In this document: positions 54,564 to 62,563 of the stretch, piece by piece
Position numbering within the stretch: the first letter of the stretch is position 1
Layout of the letters: every line of letters starts with the position of its first letter
From: a virus
Taxonomy: Duplodnaviria; Caudoviricetes
IMG/VR virus record: IMGVR_UViG_3300032332_002377
DNA length: 64,000 bases
Direction: 5' to 3' (one strand)
Notes under the pieces: generated by a model
What the model was told of the DNA's origin: nothing
The model's input: the letters and a program-made list of their open reading frames with translations, nothing else
Databases searched by the model: none
Program-made: the position numbers and the translations under genes

Positions 54564-56195
54564 GTGTTTAGTCGCTATTTAAATCATTTTCCTAAAGATT
54601 ATAACCCCTCTTCACAGCAAGTAAAATTAATTAAAAATGTTGAAAAAGCCTTTAATAGAGGTAAAAAATTTGTCATTGCTTGCGCTCCTACCGGGTCGGG
54701 AAAAAGCTTTCTTGCTAAAACACTTGCAGGCATTAGCAATCAACCATCACAGCAGTTTACTGATTTAGTTAAAACATATAAAGCATACAAGCAGGATTTT
54801 ACAGGCAACTATCTGCACGAAGTTGAATGCATGTCGACACCACCTTTTGGAGCATATGCTTTAACCATTACTAAATCTTTACAAGACCAGTATTTAAAAC
54901 TGTTCCCTGATACCCTACTGTTAAAAGGTAAAACAAATTATATTTGTGATGTAGATCAAAATTTTGATGTTGAGACTGCTCCTTGTTTATTTGTTAGCAA
55001 GATAAAAGATGACTGCTGGGAAAAAAATAGATGTCCATATTATAATGCAAGAAATAATGCTTTAATATCTCAGTTTGCTGCTCTTAATTATAAAATGTTC
55101 CTCGCATTACCCAGGCATTTGAAGCGAAAAAACTTTTTAATATGCGATGAGGCATCTGAGTTAGAAGATGAGTTAGTTAAAAGGTTTTCCGCAGAAGTTA
55201 ACTACGACCGATTAAAGAATTATGGTGTTGAGTATCGTACACTTACAACTGAGTCATATGAAAAAGCTCGCAGCTGGGTAAACGATCTAACACTCACTAT
55301 AAATGAAAAAATTAATACACTAACGGTTAAGGCAGGGAAAAAGCATAACACGCTTTCACAGCCAGATAGAATTAAGCTAATTTACTTAAAAAATATTATG
55401 AACTCTCTCGCTACTATTGACGCTCTCTGGAAAGATTGCGAGTTTATTATAGATCGAGATGCAAAAAAAGTAACATTCACACCACTCAAAGTAGATAAGC
55501 TTTCAAAAAGTATTTTTGATTATGGTGATAATGTCTTGTTGATGTCAGCAACAATTATAGATCATAAGAATTTTGCTAAAAACCTAGGAATTACAGATTA
55601 TGAATATGTTGAAGTTGAGAGTGATTTTGATGCTGCTAAATCACCGATACATGTAACCTCTAAAAATAAACTTAACTATAAAAATTTAAAAGTTATTCTC
55701 CCTGATATAGTGGATCAAATAAAACAAATAGTAGAGTTTCATAAAAATGATAAAGGTATTATACATACACACACGCAGGAAATAACAAATATACTGCGAG
55801 ATAAACTACACTCCAATAGACGGTTTTTATTTAGAGACATATCATCTAATAATGAAAATATTTTAACTGAACATTTTAAAGCAGATTTTCCTACAATTCT
55901 TGTATCACCCTCACTAGCTTACGGTATTGATTTAAAGGATGATTTGGCAAGATTTCAAATTATTGTAAAGCTGCCTTTTCCACCTCTTTCTGTAAAACGT
56001 ATTAAAAAACTGTTTGATATTGATAAGGCTTGGTATGAAAATAAAATGCTGAATTCAATCGTACAAATGTGTGGCAGAGCTACTAGAAGCAAGCATGACT
56101 TCTCTACAACTTATATACTTGATGGTAATATTGTGAATGTTTTGAAAAACACAAAAGATAAGCTTCCACAATGTTTTATTGACCGGGTTTGCTAA
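54564..56195 (+). CDS. DinG/XPD-family SF2 helicase
   Basis: APTGSGKS, LQDQY, KG..NY.C..APC..C..CPY, DEA, MSAT, GIDL, KLPFP, Q.CGRATR..DF. Confidence 0.88.
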   Translation: MFSRYLNHFPKDYNPSSQQVKLIKNVEKAFNRGKKFVIACAPTGSGKSFLAKTLAGISNQPSQQFTDLVKTYKAYKQDFTGNYLHEVECMSTPPFGAYALTITKSLQDQYLKLFPDTLLLKGKTNYICDVDQNFDVETAPCLFVSKIKDDCWEKNRCPYYNARNNALISQFAALNYKMFLALPRHLKRKNFLICDEASELEDELVKRFSAEVNYDRLKNYGVEYRTLTTESYEKARSWVNDLTLTINEKINTLTVKAGKKHNTLSQPDRIKLIYLKNIMNSLATIDALWKDCEFIIDRDAKKVTFTPLKVDKLSKSIFDYGDNVLLMSATIIDHKNFAKNLGITDYEYVEVESDFDAAKSPIHVTSKNKLNYKNLKVILPDIVDQIKQIVEFHKNDKGIIHTHTQEITNILRDKLHSNRRFLFRDISSNNENILTEHFKADFPTILVSPSLAYGIDLKDDLARFQIIVKLPFPPLSVKRIKKLFDIDKAWYENKMLNSIVQMCGRATRSKHDFSTTYILDGNIVNVLKNTKDKLPQCFIDRVC

Positions 56196-56206
56196 TAAAT
56201 AATATA

Positions 56207-57025
56207 GTGAAGAACTACACGTATCATTTTGAGATTAAAGACTTAATAACTCAGTTTATTAATGCTTTTGATAACATTATTATAAAAAGATACGATCAAA
56301 CCAGATCTGCAAAATCTAATGTACAAGTGAGATATGTGTATTCACCAAAACAAAGAGTGATGTATGATCTTGTAAATAGAGCACAAAACCTTACAGTGCC
56401 TGTAGTTGCTGTTAGTATTGCAAACGTAGCGAGAGATGAAAATAGAGTCTTTAATAAGATCGGTGGGTTTTATTTTCCTCAAGGTGTTAGCGATAAGAAC
56501 GAAACCACAAAAAGTGATTTCTATAAGAGTCCTGTACCTATCAATATTACTCTCAATATGTCCATTCTTACAAAATTTCAAACTGATATGGATCAAATAT
56601 TATCTAACTTTATTCCCTACAACAATCCATATATTATTATTTCCTGGAAGGTGCCTGAAGAAATGGTTGAAAATGGGTTCGTTGTTCCTCAGGAGATACG
56701 CAGCGAAGTTTTATGGAACGGTAATATTGCACTGTCTTACCCCACAGATATAAACGCATCAGAAAAATATAGAATTATTGGTGATACATCATTCACAATA
56801 AAAGGATGGCTATTTGGTGATCCAACATTCCCTGCAGCTAATATCTTTTATGTTGATAGCAATTTTTATAATGTATCAAGCTTACTTGATACAACCTTTG
56901 AAACATTATCCAGTCAGTCATTTACATATCCTCTATCATCCGGCCTATCAAGCGACTTAGAGACAGTATCTATTTCAGCCTTCCCTCAGCTTACTAATGT
57001 TGACTATACATTTCAAGTTTTATGA
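56207..57025 (+). CDS. tail terminator/sheath stabilizer (gp15-like)
   Basis: F...FDNI.I.R, YSPKQR, PVPINI, QIL..F.P, FTIKGWLFG; TAAATA-N5-GTG. Confidence 0.85.
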   Translation: MKNYTYHFEIKDLITQFINAFDNIIIKRYDQTRSAKSNVQVRYVYSPKQRVMYDLVNRAQNLTVPVVAVSIANVARDENRVFNKIGGFYFPQGVSDKNETTKSDFYKSPVPINITLNMSILTKFQTDMDQILSNFIPYNNPYIIISWKVPEEMVENGFVVPQEIRSEVLWNGNIALSYPTDINASEKYRIIGDTSFTIKGWLFGDPTFPAANIFYVDSNFYNVSSLLDTTFETLSSQSFTYPLSSGLSSDLETVSISAFPQLTNVDYTFQVL

Positions 57026-57354
57026 ACTTCATAACACTAACACCTACGCAAACCGCTTATCTTTCTTTTGAAGGTTATTTTTTTGAAAGACTTGAATTTA
57101 TATATCTTAGTGCTACCAACAATACAATATTCCCTTATATATGCGCTGTAAATTATTTCACAGATAGCAATAAACTGTCTTCCGCATTTTTACCTATTTC
57201 CGGTTATCCGTATAATAATTATTCTATTCGTGGAGAAAATGGTTTATCTGTTACTCTGCATGGATTGTCAGCAGGCATATATGATTTAATACTCGGAAAT
57301 GCAGCCGGATATACTCTACTATCTACAAGAAATTACTTATTATCAACAAATTGA
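57022..57354 (+). CDS. probable small structural protein (Ig-like)
   Basis: GIYDLIL.N.AG pattern; coupled to gp15. Confidence 0.45.
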   Translation: MNFITLTPTQTAYLSFEGYFFERLEFIYLSATNNTIFPYICAVNYFTDSNKLSSAFLPISGYPYNNYSIRGENGLSVTLHGLSAGIYDLILGNAAGYTLLSTRNYLLSTN

Positions 57355-57394
57355 TAGATATTTAATTTATTTAGTATATCATAAATAATACTAT

Positions 57395-59179
57395 ATGGCG
57401 GACTCTAATCGCGAATCTACGTTCGGCAGGGATTTAATGAAGTTTATTTCTTCTAAACTACCTTACCAACAAGTCGATGTTAATGATAAAATTAATGCTC
57501 TTAATCCAAAATATGAGGTTTTTTACGATAAAGGAACCAAGAGAGATGATGCTTTAGCAAGACAATCGGTATCCAATACAACATTTTATACTGATGATTT
57601 ATTTGGAAATATTTTAAGAGATAAAAACTATCATGAGTTCATGTATGCAAACATACAGCCAGATAAGATTCGCCGTCTTATGGATTACAGAGTCATGGCT
57701 GCTTTTGCAGAAGTAGCAGATGCATTAGATGAAATTTGTGATGAATTTATTAATAAAGATGACAATGGTGATATTATAAAAATTGATTTCAAAGATATAA
57801 GCTTATCAGAAACACAGAAGAGCAAAATTCGTAAAGAATTCCAAAAATATATAAGTTATTTTGATCTTGAAAATAAAGGATGGGAATATGTTAGAAGCAT
57901 GCTTGTTGATGCAGAAATTTACTTTGAACACATTATTCATAAAAAATATCCTAAAGAAGGAATTCTGGGCATCTTAACCGTTCCATCTGACACCATTGAC
58001 CCTGTTTATGCAAATGTTCAAAATATGAACATCAAGGGATACTTGCTCAGAAAACCAGTATATGACTTGAAGAACCCTTCAAAGGTTGCTAGAACTGAGC
58101 TGGTACCAATGGAAGTAAACCAAATTACATACATTAACTCTGGCATATGGAATGAAAATAAAACAGTCAGACTGCCCTTCATTGAGAATGCAAGAAGAGC
58201 TTACAGGCAATTATCTCTAATTGAAGATGCAATTGTAATTTACCGTTTAGTAAGAGCACCAGAGCGTTTAGTTTTTAATGTTGATGTTGGTAACATGGCT
58301 CCACCCAAGGCAGAAGCATACCTCCGTAAATTAATGACAAATTATTGGTCCAAGAGAACATTTGACCTCGACCAAAACGCGTCAGTACAGAAGTTTAATC
58401 CTCAATCAATGTTAGACAGCTTTTGGTTTGCCAAGCGTCAAGGCAGCGAAGGCACAACAGTTACGTCTCTACCTGCTGGTCAAAATTTAGGTGAATTGTC
58501 TGACCTTCTTTATTTTGTAAAAAAACTTTACAAATCACTTAAAGTACCAACAAGCAGATTAAACCCTGATGATGTTTTTAATGACGGGACAAGTATCTTA
58601 AGAGAAGAGCTTAAGTTTGCACGCTTTATTATCAGACTTCAGCAAAGATTTGCTTCTGGATTAAAAGGAGGATTTACAACTCAACTCAAGCTCAAAGGCA
58701 TTTGGGAAGAAATGAAGCTAAGAGATGATGATATCACTCTATCTTTTAATGTTCCGACTAACTTCTATGAATTAAGAGAGAATCAAAAGTTTGAATTAAA
58801 AGCTAATAGCTTCAATACTATAACTCAGAGTGACCTTGTATCAAAGACATTTGCACAAAAGAAATACCTTGGCTGGGGCGATTCTGATATTATGGCTAAT
58901 AGAGAATTCCTCAGAAAAGATAAAGAATTACTTTGGGAATTAGCTCAAATTGAAAACGCTGGTCCTAATTGGCGCAATCAAGGCACAGTTGCAGCACCTG
59001 GTGAAGGCGGTGGTGCAGGTGAATTGGGAGGTGGCGCTCCAGCTGGCGGTCCTCCAGCATTTGGACCTGCACCTACAGCCCCAGAAGCAGGAGCCGCAGG
59101 CGGTGAAGCTGGTACCGCAGCAGAAGCACCTGCTCCAGAAACAGCCCCAGAAGCAGGCGGATCTGCTCTACCTACTTAA
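57395..59179 (+). CDS. portal protein (gp20)
   Basis: YRVMA..EV..A.DEI, EDAIVIYRLVRAPER.VF.VDVGNM...KAE.YL, D.FW..R.G..GT.V.SLP.GQ. Confidence 0.96.
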   Translation: MADSNRESTFGRDLMKFISSKLPYQQVDVNDKINALNPKYEVFYDKGTKRDDALARQSVSNTTFYTDDLFGNILRDKNYHEFMYANIQPDKIRRLMDYRVMAAFAEVADALDEICDEFINKDDNGDIIKIDFKDISLSETQKSKIRKEFQKYISYFDLENKGWEYVRSMLVDAEIYFEHIIHKKYPKEGILGILTVPSDTIDPVYANVQNMNIKGYLLRKPVYDLKNPSKVARTELVPMEVNQITYINSGIWNENKTVRLPFIENARRAYRQLSLIEDAIVIYRLVRAPERLVFNVDVGNMAPPKAEAYLRKLMTNYWSKRTFDLDQNASVQKFNPQSMLDSFWFAKRQGSEGTTVTSLPAGQNLGELSDLLYFVKKLYKSLKVPTSRLNPDDVFNDGTSILREELKFARFIIRLQQRFASGLKGGFTTQLKLKGIWEEMKLRDDDITLSFNVPTNFYELRENQKFELKANSFNTITQSDLVSKTFAQKKYLGWGDSDIMANREFLRKDKELLWELAQIENAGPNWRNQGTVAAPGEGGGAGELGGGAPAGGPPAFGPAPTAPEAGAAGGEAGTAAEAPAPETAPEAGGSALPT

Positions 59180-59190
59180 TAAATAATTAA

Positions 59191-60279
59191 ATGCCCTGTA
59201 CAGACATTACACCGATTACTGCTTTTCAAAGCACTAATCTCAATAGTAAAATATGTTCCTTTACTAGATTAAGTGAAAGAATAATGAGAGCCTTAGGAGC
59301 TCCATTAATTACTGTTGAAATACATCATGATCAATTATTTGAGAATATAAGTTTAGCTTGTGAAATGTTCTCCAAATATGCAGGTTATACAGAAGAATAT
59401 ATTGTATTTGATTCTGATCTATATGTGGATGGAAAGGGAGTTAAGCTAGATGAGTTATTTAGCGTATCTCCAACATTTAATAAAGTTATAGACCCCACAG
59501 TACCTACAGTCTATGTTGCTAATGCTTCTATTTCAAGCACTGTGTTTGCTTCTTCATCTTCTCTTTCAGCTACTTACGATAGCGGAATATTTAAGAATCA
59601 AATTTTCAAACAAACGACTTATGCTCCTATTACCAGTTTTGATCCTACATTGAGTGCATTCTTTACCCCATCAGGCGAGCAGAAATGTAGCAATGATAAA
59701 TTTGTGAATAGTTTTGACTATGATGTCATGGACTATAGAAAAGTTGTTGATGTTGTTGATTTTGAAGAAGGTTCTTCTACAGGTGTTAACACACTGTTCA
59801 CAATAGAGCAGACTTTAGCACAACAAACATATTTTAGCTATGCAATGGGTAATTATGGGTTTGATCTAATTAGCTGGTACGTCTTAAAGAATTGGCTTAA
59901 AGATAGAGAAAAATTATTAGCACAAAAAAGGTATTTTACTTTTGATCCAAGAACTCAATATCTTGTTATGATGCCACCGCCTAGAACACCTGGCTCAGGC
60001 AGCAGATTCTATGGTGTCTTATTTTGTTATGTTGAAAGACCTCTTAAAGATATTATCAAAGAGCAATGGGTCTATCAATATGCTCTCGCACTTAGCAAAA
60101 TAACAGTAGGTACAATCAGAGGTAAATACCAAGGCACAAATCTTTTCGGTGGTGGAACTATTAATGCAGCCATACTAGAAGATGGTAAATTAGAGAAAGA
60201 TAAACTAGAGGCCTTGCTCTTGCAACAAGGAGCTGCTGGATTTGGTGATGCTGCTCCTCCCATGTTTTTTGTTGGATAA
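59191..60279 (+). CDS. neck/adaptor protein (gp13-like)
   Basis: RALGAP.I.VE...DQ, WVYQYA.AL.K...G..RGKY, GG..IN, PPMFFVG. Confidence 0.85.
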   Translation: MPCTDITPITAFQSTNLNSKICSFTRLSERIMRALGAPLITVEIHHDQLFENISLACEMFSKYAGYTEEYIVFDSDLYVDGKGVKLDELFSVSPTFNKVIDPTVPTVYVANASISSTVFASSSSLSATYDSGIFKNQIFKQTTYAPITSFDPTLSAFFTPSGEQKCSNDKFVNSFDYDVMDYRKVVDVVDFEEGSSTGVNTLFTIEQTLAQQTYFSYAMGNYGFDLISWYVLKNWLKDREKLLAQKRYFTFDPRTQYLVMMPPPRTPGSGSRFYGVLFCYVERPLKDIIKEQWVYQYALALSKITVGTIRGKYQGTNLFGGGTINAAILEDGKLEKDKLEALLLQQGAAGFGDAAPPMFFVG

Positions 60280-60281
60280 TT

Positions 60282-60740
60282 ATGCTACCTCTTAAGAGAG
60301 ACGACAAATATAGACAAGGTGTTTTCAAGCCTAAAAATGCAAGTAAATACGTTGGCAGAGGGTATCCTGTGTATAGATCAGGGTGGGAATTAAGATTTTT
60401 TAGATGGTGTGATGATAATAAGAATGTTGTTGAATGGGCCAGTGAATCTGTAATTATACCTTACCTCAACAAAGCAGATGGTAAAGTGCATAGGTATTAT
60501 ACCGATGGTATTATAGCAATAAGAGAAGGAGATAAACTAGTTAAATACATCATAGAAATTAAACCTTCTTCACAAACTAAAGTACCAGTATCAGGAAACA
60601 AGAGAAAAAGCACTATTAACTATGAGAATTATAGGTATTTACAGAATATCTCCAAGTGGGAAGCGGCAAAACAATGGTGTGATAAAAAAGGGTATAAATT
60701 CTTAATATTAACAGAAAAAGAGCTAGGACTTAAAAAATAG
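60282..60740 (+). CDS. head completion nuclease (gp4-like, TnsA fold)
   Basis: G.FKPKN..KY.G, YRSGWE..F..WCD, WASE...IPY, HRYY.D, IEIKP, N..KWEAA, ILTE. Confidence 0.92.
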   Translation: MLPLKRDDKYRQGVFKPKNASKYVGRGYPVYRSGWELRFFRWCDDNKNVVEWASESVIIPYLNKADGKVHRYYTDGIIAIREGDKLVKYIIEIKPSSQTKVPVSGNKRKSTINYENYRYLQNISKWEAAKQWCDKKGYKFLILTEKELGLKK

Positions 60741-60764
60741 TGTATTTTTTTAATAAATAATTTT

Positions 60765-61424
60765 ATGGCGCTTCGTTTAATAGTTGAGACACCTCAAGAG
60801 AATACAGATTTCGAATACATTTACGAAGAGAAAAATAGTAAAGAGCAACCCAAGCTGTTCATATCAGGTCCTTACATGATGTGCGAAACTGTTAATAAAA
60901 ACAAACGAATTTATTCCAAGGATGATATGTTTAAGGAAGTTGCAAGATATACAAAGGAGATGGTCGAATCAAAAAGAGCCATGGGTGAATTAAATCATCC
61001 AGAGTCTGCTGATGTCAATCTAGCCAATGCTTGTCACTTAGTAACAAATTTAAAAATGGATGGTAATTTTGTATATGGTAAATCACAAGTACTGTCAACA
61101 CCCTCGGGTAAGATAGTAGAATGTTTAATTAAAGACGGTGTGAGTGTTGGAATGTCTTCCAGAGCCCTGGGTGAACTTTCTGAAGAAAATGGTGTCAATA
61201 AAGTAACTAACATGAGACTAATTGCAGTTGATTGCGTTGCTGATCCATCATGTCCTAAAGCTTTTGTTAATGGTATTCTAGAAAGCAAACAATATGTTCT
61301 TAAAACTAATGGTGAATTAGAAGAATTCTATAATAGTTTTGAAAAGAAAATATCTGTTCTTCCAAAGCATGATGTTAATGTATTTTTAAAAGAACAAATA
61401 CTTAGATTTATAAAGGGGTTATAA
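60765..61424 (+). CDS. prohead protease (gp21)
   Basis: NKNKRIY, GELNHP, TPSG.IV, GMSSRALG, D.VADPS. Confidence 0.95.
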   Translation: MALRLIVETPQENTDFEYIYEEKNSKEQPKLFISGPYMMCETVNKNKRIYSKDDMFKEVARYTKEMVESKRAMGELNHPESADVNLANACHLVTNLKMDGNFVYGKSQVLSTPSGKIVECLIKDGVSVGMSSRALGELSEENGVNKVTNMRLIAVDCVADPSCPKAFVNGILESKQYVLKTNGELEEFYNSFEKKISVLPKHDVNVFLKEQILRFIKGL

Positions 61425-61441
61425 TAAATAATAATACTAGT

Positions 61442-61606
61442 ATGAATCAACCTAATCCTGTTTCTGCTGAAAAAAAGAATTTATTGAATTTTATTAAAAC
61501 TATTTCTCAAAAAAATTACGCTGAGGCAAATAAATATTTACAGGACGTAATTGATTCTAAGTTAAAAGATAGAATTGAAAAAGCGGCCAAAAAAGAAATT
61601 TTTTAA
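61442..61606 (+). CDS. small prohead core protein (gp67-like); missing from the ORF track
   Basis: 54 aa MNQPNPVSAEKKNLLNFIKTISQKNYAEANKYLQDVIDSKLKDRIEKAAKKEIF; TAAATA at 61425-61430; lies between gp21 and gp22. Confidence 0.6.
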   Translation: MNQPNPVSAEKKNLLNFIKTISQKNYAEANKYLQDVIDSKLKDRIEKAAKKEIF

Positions 61607-61607
61607 T

Positions 61608-62486
61608 ATGGAAAAGAACATAACAGATACATTAAGAGAAGCAACCAAAGATATCCTCACCGAGGATGTTTTAAAAGAAATTGAAACAGCTTTTAATAGC
61701 TCTGTAAACGAAAAAGTTAAAATTCATGTAGAAAAAGCTCTCATGGAGCAAGATGAAGATTATAGCAAGAAGCTAGAAAAACTAGTTGAAGCTATTGATG
61801 CAGATCATACAAATAAGCTCGAGAAGGTTGTTGAATCTATTGATGCTGATCGTGCTGAAAAGCTTAAAGTAGTTGTTGAAAAATATGAAACAGCAATTGC
61901 TACTGAAGCAAACAATTTTAAAACCACACTAGTCGAATCAATTTCTAATTATTTAGAAAAATTCCTAGAAGAAAAACTTCCACTTAGTGATATTGAAGCA
62001 GCAGTTAAGAACAAAAAAGCTCTTAACATGCTTACAAACATAAGAGAAGCTCTTGCCGTTGATATGGCTCTATCAAAAGATACAATTAAAGATGCCGTAA
62101 TTGATGGTAAGAATAAAATCGATGAAGCTGTTAATCAGCTTGAAGCCTCAAATAAGAAGGTAACTGAGCTTTCAAACCAGCTCAATAAAGTCAAAGCAGA
62201 ACTTGCTCTTGAAAAAAATATTCAAGATCTAGATGCTGAGAAGAAAACATACATGAAGAAGATGCTTCATGGTAAGAGCGCTGACTTTATAACTGAAAAC
62301 TTCAAATATACATTGGGGCTTTACGAGAAAACCGAAGAAGAGAGACTTACAGGTCTCAAAGAAGAAGCTGTTAAACAAACAGTTTCCGAAAAAGTAGACA
62401 GACCTGTAATCGCCGAGTCAGTAGTTGAAGAAAGTGCAGCTGAGCCTGCATTTAAAAACTACATGAACGAGCTTAGCAAGTACTAA
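61608..62486 (+). CDS. prohead core scaffolding protein (gp22-like)
   Basis: Glu/Lys-rich coiled coil; LVE.ISNYLE; between protease and capsid genes; start set to ATG 61608. Confidence 0.85.
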   Translation: MEKNITDTLREATKDILTEDVLKEIETAFNSSVNEKVKIHVEKALMEQDEDYSKKLEKLVEAIDADHTNKLEKVVESIDADRAEKLKVVVEKYETAIATEANNFKTTLVESISNYLEKFLEEKLPLSDIEAAVKNKKALNMLTNIREALAVDMALSKDTIKDAVIDGKNKIDEAVNQLEASNKKVTELSNQLNKVKAELALEKNIQDLDAEKKTYMKKMLHGKSADFITENFKYTLGLYEKTEEERLTGLKEEAVKQTVSEKVDRPVIAESVVEESAAEPAFKNYMNELSKY

Positions 62487-62563
62487 TTTCCTTTTCTTGA
62501 GGGTAATCCTGAATAGAATTAAATTTAAAGGTCGACATTATCTCTTTGGAGATTTATAATAAT

